Shown here piece after piece: positions 13,100-26,138 of a stretch of 64,000 nt of DNA. Source of the stretch: Eledone cirrhosa (lineage: Eukaryota); NCBI GenBank assembly GCA_964016885.1, contig OZ024741.1, positions 280,798,001 to 280,862,000 on the forward strand. Direction: 5' to 3'. The notes beneath the pieces were generated by a model. The model was not told the DNA's origin. It was given only the letters and a program-made list of their open reading frames with translations, and did not search any database. The stretch's first letter is position 1. Every line of letters begins with the position of its first letter. A program made the position numbers and the translations under genes.

Positions 13100-14455
13100 A
13101 GATGTATATCTCGGTTGAAAATGGTGTCAAGCAAGGTGATATACCTCCACCAACTTTGTTTGCCTTGTATTTTACAATGGTCTTCTTCGTGGCCTTTAAG
13201 GATTGTTAATATGGTATCCATCTCAGATATGGCACTTCTTGCAAGCTGTTCAACATCAGGCGTCTCACTGCCAACACTAAGGTATTGATTACCTTGATCA
13301 GAGAATTTCTGTATGCAGATGATTGTGATCTCTTTGCACACTCCCAGAATGACATGCAACACCTTATGGATTCTTTTTCCAATGTGCGCAGTGCTTTGGG
13401 ACTGACAATCAGTCTGAAGAAGACTGTCGTCATGTAACCAGCCTGCTCCAGATAAAGTTTTCAATGAACCCTCCATATAGGTATATGGTCAAAAGCTGAA
13501 GGCTGCTGACAGATTTGTGTATTTGGGGAGTACTCTGAGTGTGACCTGCTCTCTGGATGCAGAAGTTGGTCTACGTGTTAGTAAGGCATGTGAGTCATTT
13601 GGAAGGCTCAGCGACGATCTTTGGTACAGGTGAGGAATGATAATGAGGTCCAAGGTGAGAGTGTATGCTGCATGTGTACTGCCAGCTTTGCTGTATGCGT
13701 GTGAGACACGGGTTGCCTACAAATGCATATCCAAAGACTGGAACAGTTTCACCAGCAGTGTCTCCGAAAGATGCTCGGTATCAAGTGGCAGATGCATGTG
13801 AATGATGTTGAGGTCCTCCAGAGAAGTGAGTGTTGGAGCATTCAGAGTATCATCCACCAACGCCGTTTGCGATGGACCGGACACCTCTGCAGAATGGAGG
13901 ATGATCGAATCCCAAAACAACTTTTGTATGGTGAGCTTTGTGAGAGTAAGAGACCATCTCACATGCCTAGGCTCTGATTCAAGGATTGTGTAAAGGACTC
14001 ATTGAAAAAACTGGTTTGATGATGGCTGACTGGGAGATAGAAGTTCTTGAAAGAGAAACTTGGCATAGAATGGTGTATGATGGGGTTCATAATTTTGAGG
14101 ACAGACGCATAGAGCACGAGAATATCAAACAGGATGTGTGTAAGCAACGCCCTGGTGTATCTCTCAAAACGATCGGTGTCTCCATTGAATTGAAGTGCCC
14201 TGAGTGTGAAAAAATCTGGTCTCAGGAGCCACAGTCACAGCCATGTTCAAAGAGAACCAGTGAACTATGATCTCCACAGTATTGTAAGGGTTCATAGGCA
14301 ACCTGATGCAAGACCTTAGGCCAGGGAGATCCATAGTTGTCATCAGTGTACGAAGGAGTGCAAGTCTCTAGCGGGCTTGAAAAGCCATATCCGAGTGTCA
14401 GACATCTGAATCTGACAAGTGATTGCAATACTCTTGGCAGAGTTTGCAGCCATCG
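13100..14455 (+). mobile_element. RTE (BovB-like) LINE, degenerate RT and 3' end
   Basis: GVKQGD..PTLF, KLFNIRRL, FLYADDC, FVYLGS, LEQFHQQCLRKML, RRLRWTGHLCRMEDDRIPKQLLYGEL, with frameshifts and stops. Confidence 0.85.
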
Positions 14456-14458
14456 TAT

Positions 14459-14492
<34 letters not shown>

Positions 14493-14513
14493 AGATATAT
14501 ATGTGAATATATA

Positions 14514-14565
<52 letters not shown>

Positions 14566-15049
14566 CTTCCTGCTCCCTACTATCCCCCCCCCCCCCATAC
14601 ATTGTATACACGCCTGCTGGCTCTCTCTCAATCCCATCCCTTCTCTCTTCAAACATAAAATAAACTGTTGCGGGGTACAAAACTCAGAATTTGTCGACCC
14701 ATATTCTTGGCTACATCGCTCGCGTGAAATGTAATGTACGAATCCTATTTTCTCGTCTCTCCATGCTCCCTTGTCCATTCATCTATCTGTATCATATCAT
14801 CCAGAATACTACAGTTATATGCTCATTCGATTATGGCCAAAATTTCGTGGATTTTATTTTATAACCTTCTCGCTAACTACCCCAGATCCCTCCCCCCGCC
14901 CTCACTCACCACCATTATTATTTGGACCAATCATAAGTCAGCGGCCTATGTTATCACTTAAGTTTAGACCTGGTTGCCTTTTGATATGATGGATGGACTA
15001 CGGAATTCTGGAGAGTCTGAAAAAATCTGGACACTCAGTGACAATGCCA

Positions 15050-18000
15050 AAGACAAAGACAAATTCACCTCATGCTGCCGGACGAGAATGCAAGGACTCC
15101 TCCTCATTATTTAGGCCGCGGACGGCTAACATAGCCCCATCTCCCTCACCCTTCTCTGTGCCCTGTCCTTCCGACCCACCAAACGCAATCCAAAACTTCA
15201 GAGTTGGTACCATGAATGTAGGTATCTTAAAAGGTCGCTCTAACGAGGTTGTAGAGATGCTTGAACATAAGGAGGTTGATGTTTGCTTTTATTCAAGAGA
15301 CCAGGTGGAGGGGTAGGTCTGCTAGATTCAGTGTGGGTAAAAAACGATGCTATAAGCTTTTCTGGGTGGGAAATGACAATGGGCTGGGTGGAGTAGGAAT
15401 CATGCTAGCAGAAAAATGGGTAGATAAGATAATAGACGTAAATAGAGTGAACGACAGAATAATTAAAATAAGACTTGTCCTCAATAGAACTACTGTGACA
15501 ATAATATCTGCGTATGCACCCCAACCCGGACTGCCTGGCATTATAAAAGACAGATTCTATGAGTCGTTAATGCTCATTACCTCCTAAATAACCGACAGTG
15601 ACTATATAATTATTACTGGCGACCTTAATGATCACGTTGAACAACATTGTGACGGCTATGACGGAATCCATGGAGGCTATGGGTTTGGTACTAGAAATGA
15701 GGAAGGCTCCAGAATCCTGGAATTCTGTGATCCAAATAATCTAACTATCTGTAACACGAACTTCAAAAAACGAGACAATCACTTGATCGTCTATAGATCA
15801 GGGGAACACGCCAGTCAGATAGATTATATCCTTACCAGAAGACGAGACAGAGTGTCTGTTGTAAACACTAAATCCCTCCTCCATGAAGAATGCACCTCCC
15901 AACATAGCCTCATAGTTAGCGACCTCATAGTCAGGACGAGGTGTATTCGACAACAGAGGACTATCCTTCGGAGAAAAATACGGAAGTTAAAGGACCCCAC
16001 AGCCAGTAATAAATTTAAAAGCATATTACTTGATGCTTTTGACAGTAAGGAAGAGCAATTAGAGTCGTACAATATAGAGAAACAGTGGGAATTCCTGAAA
16101 GCTAACCTGCTGAAGGCGACAGATGAAATCTGTGGCTGGAGCAGACCTATAGGCAGGAGGAGAGTAACTTGGTGGGTGAACAGTAAGGTGGAGGAGTCGA
16201 TCAAGGCCAAAAAGCAGGCTTGGAAAGTATGGTGGGATGGGGGAAGTAGAGAAGACTATCAAGTGGCCAGGAGGGAAGCTAGGAGACAAGTGCACTTCGC
16301 AAGAAGGGAAGCAGAGGAAAGAAAGTTCAAGCATCTTCTACAACGCGAGGACCAAAAACGTGAGGTGTTCAGGATTGCTAGACAATGTGTCAAGGAGAAC
16401 CGTGATATTCTCGGGGAGAAGTGTGTCTGTAATGATGATGGTGTACTTGCCATCACTGATGCTGGAAGTGTCACTACGAAAGGCTACTAAATGAGGAGAA
16501 TAAATGGGAGAAAGACAGTCTCCCCCACATCGATCCAATAGAGGGACCAGCAGTGCAAGTTGAAGGTAGTATAATAAATAAGGCAATCAAAGATATGAAG
16601 ATGGGCAAGGCGGCTGGGCCTTCGGAAATAGTTGCTGAAATCATCTGGAACGGTGGGACACACTATGGTCACCTGGATAGTAAACCAAGTTATACAGAAT
16701 GGGGTCGTACCAAAGTACTGGCGTAGCAGCATTATCGTTAACTGCTACAAGGGTAAAGGAGATGCCCTAGATAGGGGAAACTATAGAGGCATTAAATTAA
16801 TTGACCAGGTCATGAAGGTCACAGAAAAAGTAATAGCGCAACTAATCAGAGAACGAATTGATCTAGATGAAATGCAGTTCGGGTTTGTGTCAGGTAGAAG
16901 GACCATAGACGCTCTTTTCATTGTACGACAACTACAGAAGTACCTAGCTAAAAGTAAACCCCTCTACTTAGCTTTTGTAGACCTGGAGAAAGCCTTTGAC
17001 AGAGTCCTCCACTCCATTATCTGGTGGGCTCTTAGAAAACTAGGTGTAGATGAATGGCTTGTGAGAGCTATACAAGCCATGTATAAAGAAACAGTCAGCA
17101 AGGTTAGAATTAACAACGAATATAGTGAAGAGTTTAGCGTAAAAGTTGGTGTTCATCAGCGCTCCGTCCTTAGCCCCCTCCTATTTATTATCGCCCTCCA
17201 AGCTATAACGGGCGTGTTCATGACCGACTGCCCATGGGAACTTCTATACGCAGACGACCTGACACTCATAGCGGAATCAATGGCCGAGCTAGAGAAGAAA
17301 TTTCAAACATGGAAGCATGGCCTAGAATCAAAAGGCCTTAAAGTTAACTTGTTTAAGACTAAAGTCCTAATATGTAGGAAGGAGAATAGGGCACTGGTCC
17401 CATCTGGGAAATGGCCATGGTCAGTGTGTAGGAAAGGGGTAGGCAGAAACTCCATTTTATATCCCAAATGCAAAGTATGGGTGCATAAAAGATGTAGTGG
17501 GATCACAGGTAAGCTAACTAAGAATATAGATTTTATATGTAGCCAGTGCTCTAGTGCAATAAGTAGTAGCAAGTGCCCACAGGATACTAGCTCATTCCAT
17601 TGCCCAGATGGTTCTATAGAAATAGTGGACACCTTCCGTTACCTGGGTGACAAAATCAGCAGTGGTGGAGGGTGCTCCGAAAGGACTGTAGCTAGAGTCA
17701 GAACGGGATGGAAAAAGTTCAGAGAGCTTATACCACTATTGGCCGCTAAAAGTTTCTCTCTAAAAATAAAAGGCAGGCTGTATGATGCCTGCATACGAAC
17801 AGCGATGTTACATGGCAGTGAGACATGGGCCTTGTGTGCAGAGGATCTACGCAGACTGGAGAGGAACGAAGCTTGCATGCTCCGTTGGATGTGTAATAGT
17901 AATATACGCAAACGGCAAAGCATAAATGAACTAAGTGAGAAATTAGGAATAAGAGGGATCAGATGCTGTTTACTCGAGAGAAGACTTCGTTGGTATGGTC

Positions 18001-18596
18001 ACGTGATGCGCATGAAAGACGACAGCTGTATAAAAAAGTGCAGGGCGACCAAATAGACAGTAGCTACAGAGTAGGCAGACCCAGGAAAACCTGGGGCCAC
18101 TTGATAAAATCCGACCTCACACACTTACACTTCTCCAAGACAATGTCACTGGACCGAGATTTTTGGCGCTACTCAGTAATACAGAAGACCCACCTTGCCT
18201 AAGTACAAAGCGAAACCTACAGTCAGTAGGCACCTCTTAACCAAAATACACCCCCTTCCCACTACCCCTACCCCCACCGCCATCTACAGCACCCCTTTCG
18301 ATGTAAAGCTATGTTGGTACCACAACATCCAATCCTAAATAAATGAGGTTGTGTAGGTGTCACGACAAAAAAACACACAGTCCACGCTGTAATGTGGCCG
18401 TGTAGGTAACATGGTAAAAACCACCCAGTCCACACTGTAAACGTGGTTGGTGTTAGGAAGGGCATCCAGCCGTAGAAAACCCGCCAGACAGACCTGAGCA
18501 AGACAACCAATCTTGCCTCAAGTGGGACAATTCCCGTCCAGACCCATGCTAGCGTGGAAGATGGACGTTAAACGATGATGATGATGATGATGATGA
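15050..18596 (+). mobile_element. Near-full-length RTE LINE (APE endonuclease + RT + PHD-like finger), inactivated
   Basis: RVGTMNVG, QETRW, ISAYAPQ, SQIDYIL (APE); NYRGIKL, AFVDLEKAFD, GVHQ.SVLSPLLF, LLYADDL, FRYLG (RT); (GAT)n tail at ~18573-18596; several stops and frameshifts. The 5' boundary is uncertain. Confidence 0.92.
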
Positions 18597-18619
18597 TATA
18601 TATATGTATATATATATAT

Positions 18620-19245
18620 ATATGCTCCGATGGATGTGTAATAGTAATATACGAGAACAGCAAACCATAAATGAACTGAGAGAGAGACTGAATCAAATGC
18701 TGTGTGCAGGAGAGGAGTTTGCGTTGGTATGGACATGTGATGCATATGAAGGATGACAGCTGCATAAAAAGGTGCAGAGCTCTAGAAGTCGATGGCAGCT
18801 GCGGAGTGGGGAGACCCAAGAAGAGGCCTGGGATGAGGTGATAAAAGCCGACCTTACTCAATTGCACCTCTCAAAGCCAATGACACATGACCGTGACCTC
18901 TGCAGTAATACAGAAGACTCTGCAGTAATACACAAGCCGAAGCTGAAGCATATAGACAATATGCCCCCTCACTCTCCCACTGCAAAGTGGTTGTGGAGAT
19001 GCCACGGCAAAAAAGCACCCAGCCCACACTGTAAAGTGGAGATGTAGGCACCACGGAAAAAAAGCACCCAGCACTCACTGTAAATGAGGCTGGTGTTAGG
19101 AAGGACATCCAGCTGTAGAAATCAAGCCAGAATCAGTTCCCGTATGAGCAAGACAAGGTCAGACAACCGGACACTGCTCACAACAGGACAACCTGTGTAA
19201 CCCATGCTAGCGTGGTAGAACAGACATAAAATGGTGATGATGATG
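18620..19245 (+). mobile_element. RTE LINE 3' fragment (related subfamily)
   Basis: RWMCNSN..RWYGHVM, then a 3' UTR with tgttaggaagg and a (GAT)n tail. Confidence 0.8.
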
Positions 19246-19299
19246 TATATATATATATATATGTATATATATGTATATGTATGTATATATATATATATA

Positions 19300-19745
19300 T
19301 AAGCGATGCTGCATGGTAGTGAGACATGGTCAGCAACGATGGATGATATGCGACAGCTGTAGAGAAATGAAGCAAGCATGCTCTGTTGGGTGTGAAATGT
19401 CAATGTGCGTGAACGACCAAGCATAGACGAGTGGAGAGAAAAACTGTGTATAAGAGAGATAAGCTGTAGTGTGCGGAAGAGAAGACTGCGTTGGTATGGA
19501 CATGAGATGCGCATGGAGGATTACCGCCGGGTAAAGAAGTTCCAAGAAATCCAAGTGGAAGGAAGACGCAGTAGAGGAAGACCATGAAAATCATTGGCGG
19601 AGGTGGTGAGAGCAGACCTCAGATCGCTGACGCTCACGGAGGAGATGACGAAGGACTGTGACGAATGGAGAGATGCTGTACTGAATAGGACCTGTCCCAC
19701 CCTTGGGAGCAGGGAAAAGCAGACGTAAAATGATGATGATAATGA
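19300..19745 (+). mobile_element. RTE LINE 3' fragment (different subfamily)
   Basis: AMLHGSETW, RKRRLRWYGHEMRM..GRRSRGRP, (GAT)n tail. Confidence 0.8.
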
Positions 19746-20565
19746 TATATGTATATATATATGTATATATAGATACATATGTGAGTATATATATATATAT
19801 ATATAATGGAATACTCCCATGTTTTACCAGCGAAGATTCGAATCCGAATCTGAGCTTTCTCGCATCTGTGACAATCTATCTTTGGATGTTCTCACCATTG
19901 TCCTCTCAAGACAACGATGATAAATGTACATTCCATTTGACCTGTGACCCCAACCTCTTGGGAGACAATAACCACAGAGCTGACCATAAATCAACCTCAT
20001 ATATCCATCCTTCTAACATTAGCATTTATTATAAATACAACGAGTTAAGGAACCAAAAGGTCAGACACGAAGAGGCCGTCAACAAGATAACGATGTAGCA
20101 TCAGTAGACCTTTCACTCAATCTTCCTCCTGGCCCTTACTGGCTTACCTCCTCGGCCACTAAAACAGCCAGCCATGCCTGCCTGACAGATTGACCACTAC
20201 TACAATGAGAATAATATATTCTAAGAATAGGTACACACACACACACATAGTAAGTTCATATTGTTTACATTATACTCTCTCATCCTATTCTTAATATCCT
20301 GTAATATTGTATCTGCAAGACACAACACAACTCTTACTATATAGTTTTTTTCTGATACATACATTCACATTAGCTCATAGCAGCTAATAATTTAATGTAC
20401 AGATATTTTCATGTCATAAATTTTATTACTCAGTGTTCAAATCGAATATTGTTATTGTAAAATAAACATTGTTAACAACTCAATCATGGCATTATTCTTT
20501 TCATCAAAACTACCACACAAAGAATACAACTTATCCGTTACATATATATATATATAGATACATAT

Positions 20566-20906
20566 GGAGGCACATGGCTTAGTGGTTAGAGCATTGGCCT
20601 TGCAATCAAAAGGTTGTGAGTTTAATTCTCAGACCGGGTGATGTGTTGTTTCCTTGAGCAAGACACTTTATTTCACATTGCTCCAGTTTACTCAGCTGTA
20701 GAAATGAGATGATAGGGACTGGGGTCCATATCATTCCACTGCAAAGTGGTTGTGGAGGTGCCACAGCAAAAAAGCACCCAGCACTCAGTGTAAATGAGGT
20801 TGGTGTTAGGAAGGGCATCCAGCTGTAGAAATCAAGCCAGAATCAGTTCCCGTCCCACCTTTGCAAGCAGGGAAAAAGCGGACGTAAAATGAAATGATGA
20901 TGATGA
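20566..20906 (+). mobile_element. tRNA-headed SINE with RTE-derived tail (second copy)
   Basis: Near-identical to 12656-13003. Confidence 0.82.
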
Positions 20907-20998
20907 CATATGTATATATATATGTATATATATGTATATATATATATGTGTATATACAATATATTAATAAATGGAAACTATATTTATTAAACCATAAT

Positions 20999-21063
20999 TA
21001 TTTTATTATATATATTTCAAGGGCGACCAAGCCAATCTTGGTGTGCTTTCATCAGATAAAATA
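20999..21063 (-). ncRNA. Type I hammerhead ribozyme motif (family B), intact core
   Basis: Minus strand: tattttat CTGATGA aagcacaccaag-attgg-cttggtcgccctt GAA ATATATAT A ataaaata; paralogous to 10746-10811. Confidence 0.75.
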
Positions 21064-21538
21064 CAAAATTTGTTTTATAAATAGTGACATAACCATAGAA
21101 AACAACCTTGATGGTTGAAAATTCGCTGGAATATTTATTAATATATTGAATATTTACTCCAGTAAACTGTTGAGTGCTCTATAACAGTTATAAACTTTTA
21201 AGTTTGTTGGAATCCCAACAAATTAAATATAACTTCTACATATATATGTATATATATATATATATGTATATATATGTATATATATATATGTATATGTATA
21301 AAAAGGATTAATCGACTCTCGTCAAATCAGACCAAGGAAACAATGTTTTCGTCGGTCTTTTCCAGTTGCTAGTACTATCTATCTGTCTGTCGCAACTCCA
21401 GGTAGAAGGAGCAACGTGAAATAAAGACCCTTGCTCAAGGACATAACGCATCGCCCGGTCCAGGAATCGAACTCACGACCTCAAGATTGTGAATCCAATT
21501 CTCTAACCACTCAGCCACATGCCATCACTATATATATG

Positions 21539-24500
21539 TATCATCATCATCATCATCATCGTTTAACGTCCATCTTCCACGCTTGCATGGGTTTGGACGG
21601 GAGTTTTCCCACTTGAGGCAAGATTGGTTGTCCTGCTCGTATAGGACTGTCTGGCAGGTTTTCTAGGGTTGGATGCCCTTCCTAACACCAACCACGTTTA
21701 CAGTGTGGGTCTGGGAGCTTTTTACCGTGTTACCTATACGGCCACATTACAGCGTGGACTGTGTGTTTTTTTGTCGTGACACCTACACGTCTGGCGGGTT
21801 TTCTACGGCTGGCGGGTTTTCTACGGCTGGCTGCCCTTCCTAACACCAACCACGTTTACAGTGTGGACTGGGAGCTTTTTACCGTGTTACCTATACGGCC
21901 ACATTACAGCGTGGACTGTGTGTTTTTTTGTCGTGACACCTACACGTCTGGCGGGTTTTCTACGGCTGGCTGCCCTTCCTAACACCAACCACGTTTACAG
22001 TGTGGACTGGAAGCTTTTTACCGTGTTACCTATACGGCCACATTACAGCGTGGACTGTGTGTTTTTTTGTCGTGACACCTACACGTCTGGCGGGTTTTCT
22101 ACGGCTGGCTGCCCTTCCTAACACCAACCACGTTTACAGTGTGGACTGGGAGGTTTTTACCGTGTTACCTATACGGCACATTACAGCGTGGACTGTGTGT
22201 TTTTTTGTCGTGACACCTACACGTCTGGCGGGTTTTCTACGGCTGGCTGCACTTCCTAACACCAACCACGTTTACAGTGTGGACTGGGAGGTTTTTACCG
22301 TGTTACCTATACGGCCACATTACAGCGTGGACTGTGTGTTTTTTTGTCGTGACACCTACACGTCTGGCGGGTTTTCTACGGCTGGCTGCCCTTCCTAACA
22401 CCAACCACGTTTACAGTGTGGACTGGAAGGTTTTAACCGTGTTACCTACACGGCCACATTACAGCGTGGACTGTGTGTTTTTTTGTCGTGACACCTACAC
22501 GTCTGGCGGGTTTTCTACGGCTGGCTGCCCTTCCTAACACCAACCACGTTTACAGTGTGGACTGGGAGGTTTTAACCGTATTACCTACACGGCCACATTA
22601 TAGCGTGGCTGTGTGTTTTTTTGTCGTGACACCTACAGGTCTGGCGGGTTTTCTACGGCTGGCTGCCCTTCCTAACACCAACCACGTTTACAGTGTGGAC
22701 TGGGAGGTTTTTACCGTGTTACCTATATGGCCACATTACAGCGTGGACTGTGTGTTTTTTTTGTCGTGACACCTACACGACTTCATTTGTTTCGGACTGG
22801 ATGTTGTAGTACCAACATAACTTCACATTGAAGGAGGTGGTGTGGATGGGGTGGGGGTAGTGGGCAGGGGTGTATTTTTGTTAGAGGTGCCTACTGACTG
22901 TAGGTTTCGCTTTGTACTTAGGCAAGGTGGGTCTTCTGTATTACTGAGTAGCGCCAAAGATCTCGGTCCAGTGACATTGTCTTGGAGAGGTGTAAGTGTG
23001 TGAGGTCGGAATTTATCAAGTAGTCCCAGGTTTTTCTGGGTCTGCCTACTCCGTGGCAACCATCTATTTTTATCGCCGTGCACTTTTTTATACAGCTGTC
23101 GTCTTTCATGCGCATCACATGTCCATACCAACGTAGTCTTCTCTCCAGTAAACAACATCTGATCCCTCTTATTCCTAATTTCTCCCTTAGTTCATTTATG
23201 CTTTGCCGTTCACGTATATTACTATTACACATCCAGCGGAGCATGTAAGCTTCGTTCCTCTCCAGTCTGCGTATATCCTCTGCACACAATGCCCAGGTCT
23301 CACTGCCATGTAACATCGCTGTTCGTATGCAGGCATCATACAGCCTGCCTTTCATTTTTAGAGAGAACCCTTTAGTGGCCAATAGTGGTATAAGCTCTCT
23401 GAACTTTTTCCATCCCGTTCTGACTCTAGCTACTGTACTTTCAGAGCACCCTCCCCCACTGCTGATTTTGTCACCCAGGTAACGGAAGGTGTCCACTATT
23501 TCTATAGAACCATCTGTGCAATGGAATGAGCTAGTATTCTGTGGGCACTTGCTGCTACTTATTGCACCAGAGCACCAGAGCACCGGTCACATATAAAATC
23601 TATATTCTTAGTTAGCTTACCTGTGATCCCACTACATCTTTTATGCACCCATACTTTGCATCTGGGACATAAAATGGAGTTTCTGTCTACTCCTTTCCTA
23701 CACACTGAGCATGGCCATTTCCCAGATGGGACCGGTGCCCTATTTTGCTTCCTACAAACTAGAACTTTAGTCTTAGACAAGTTAATTTTAAGGCCTTTTG
23801 ATTTTAGGCCATGCTTCCATGTTTGAAATTTCTTCTCTAGTTCAGCCATTGATTCAGCTATGAGCGTTAGATCATCTACATGAAGGGCAATAATAAATAG
23901 TAGGGGGCTAAGAACGGAGCCCTGATGAACACCAACTTTTACGCTAAACTCTTCACTATATTCGTTATTAATTCTAACCTTGCTGACTGTTTCTTTATAC
24001 ATGGCTTGTATAGCTCTCACAAGCCATTCATCAACACCTAGTTTTCTAAGAGCCCACCAGATAATGGAGCGGGGGACTGTCAAAGGCTTTCTCCAAGTCA
24101 ACAAAAGCTAAGTATTATTATTACTTTTAGCTAGGTACTTCTCCTGTAGTTGTCGTACAATGAAAAGAGCGTCTGTGGTACTTTTACCTGACACAAACCC
24201 GAACTGCATTTCATCTTGATCAATTCGTTCTCTGATTAGTTGCGCTATTACTTTTTCTGTGACCTTCATGACCTGGTCGATTAATTTAATGCCTCTATAG
24301 TTACCCCTATCTAGGGCATCTCCTTTACCCTTGTAGCACTTAATTATGATGAGGCTACGCCAGTCCTTCGGAACAGCCCCATTCTGTATGACTTGGTTTA
24401 CTATCTGGGTGACCATAGTGTGTCCCACCGTTCCAGATGCTTTCAGCATTTCAGCAACTATTTCCGATAACACAGCCGCCTTACCCGTCTTCATATCTTT

Positions 24501-25962
24501 GATTGACTTACTTATTATACTACCTTCAACTAGCACTGCTGGTCCCTCTATTGGATCGATGTGGGGGAGATTGTCTTTCTCCCATTTATTCTCCTCATTT
24601 AGTAGCCTTTCGTAGTGACACTTCCAAGCTACCTTCTTATCAGCGTCAGTGATGGCAAGTACACCATCATCATTACGGACACACTTCTCCCCGAGAATAT
24701 CATGGTTCTCCTTGACACATTGTCTAGCAATCCTGAACACCTCACGTTTTTGGTCCTCGCGTTGTAGAAGATGCTTGAACTTTCTTTCCTCTGCTTCCCT
24801 TCTTGCGAAGTGCACTTGTCTCCTAGCTTCCCTCCTGGCCACTTGATAGTCTTCTCTACTTCGCCCCTCCCACCATACTCCTCCACCTTACTGTTCCACC
24901 ACCATGTTACTCTCCTCCTGCCTATAGGCCTGCTCCAGCCACAGACTTCATCTGTCGCCTTCAGCAGGTTAGCTTTCAGGAATTGCCACTGTTCCTCTAT
25001 ATTGTACGACTCTAATTGCTCTTCCTTACTGTCGAAAGCATCAAGTAATATGCTTTTAAATTTAATACTGGCTGTGTGGTCCTTTAGCTTCCATATTTTT
25101 CTCCTGAGGATAGTCCTCCTCTGTTGTCGAGTACGTCTTGTCCTGACTATGAGTCTATGTTGGGAGGTGCATTCTTCATGGGGGAGGGATTTAGTGTTTA
25201 GAACAGACACTCTATCACGTCTTCTGGTAAGGATATAATCTATCTGACTGGTGTGTTCCCCTGATCTATAGGTGATCAAGTGATTGTCTCGTTTTTTGAA
25301 GTTAGTGTTCCAGATAGTTAGGTTATTTGGATCACACAATTCCAGGATTCTGGAGCCTTCCTCATTTCTAGTACCAAACCCATAGCCTCCATGGATTCCG
25401 TCATAGCCGTCACAATGTTGTCCAACGTGACCATTTAGGGCGCCAGCAATAATTATGTAGTCACTGTCGGTTATTTGGGAGGTAGCAAGCATCAATGTCT
25501 CATAGAATCTGTCTTTTATAGCGCCAGGCAGTCGGGATTGGGGTGCATACGCAGATATTACTGTCACAGTAGTTCTATTTAGGACAATTCTTATTTTAAT
25601 TTTTTTCTGTCGTTCACTCTATTTACGTCTATTATCTTATCTACCCATTTTTCTTCTAACATGATTCCCCAGCCCATTGTCATTTCTCACCCAGAAAAGC
25701 TTATAACATCGTTTTTTACCCACAATGAATCTAGCAGACCCACCCCTCCACCTGGTCTCTTGGATACAGCAAACATCAACCTCCTTATGTTCAAGCATTT
25801 CTACAACCTCGTTAGAGCGACCTTTTAAGGTGCCTACATTCATGGTACCAATTCTGAAGTTTTGGATTGCGTTTGGTGGGTGGGAACGGTGGGGCGCGGG
25901 GAGGGGGGGAGGGGGAGGGGGTTGGGGTTATGTTCGTGGCCGAAACAAAGAGGGGGAGTCAT
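21539..25962 (-). mobile_element. Near-full-length RTE LINE, inverted relative to 15050-18596, inactivated
   Basis: ORFs 25637-25843, 24629-25567, 24108-24842, 23559-24104 and 22918-23583 tile the same APE-RT protein. A deletion turns the YADD box into HVDD. The (GAT)n tail is at 21539-21560. Confidence 0.92.
21650..22778. repeat. Tandem array of a ~139-bp unit, about 8 copies, inside the RTE 3' UTR
   Basis: Unit ctggcgggttttctacggctggctgcccttcctaacacc...gtcgtgacacctacacgt; repeated ORF starts at 21861, 22000 and 22277 confirm the period. Confidence 0.95.
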
Positions 25963-26138
25963 TCGGCCGGGGTACCGAAAACGATAAACGGAAAAAATGA
26001 AACGAAATTTCATTTCTCACTCTTAGTACGGCTGTTACTTAAGTATACATACTTATATTTAAGTAACAGCCGTACTAAGAGTGAGAAATGAAATTTCGTT
26101 TCATTTTTTCTGTTTATCGTTTTCGGTACACCGGCCGA
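25963..26138. repeat. Near-perfect inverted repeat (80-bp arms, 16-nt spacer)
   Basis: tcggccggggtaccgaaaacgataaac...gttacttaa / ttaagtaac...gtttatcgttttcggtacaccggccga. Confidence 0.92.

Noticed and set aside
14940-15200. HDV-like ribozyme expected at the RTE 5' end
   Set aside because: Could not assemble the nested double pseudoknot by eye; would need a descriptor search.
16632-18056. Active retrotransposon (474-aa RT ORF)
   Set aside because: Upstream frameshifts and stops split the APE-RT frame, PHD cysteines are mutated and the C-terminus is frameshifted.
21650-22778. CRISPR-like or retrozyme-like appearance of the 139-bp array
   Set aside because: No unique spacers, no cas genes and a eukaryotic context. 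No CUGANGA/GAAA hammerhead core or twister consensus found in the unit; it is LINE 3' UTR sequence.
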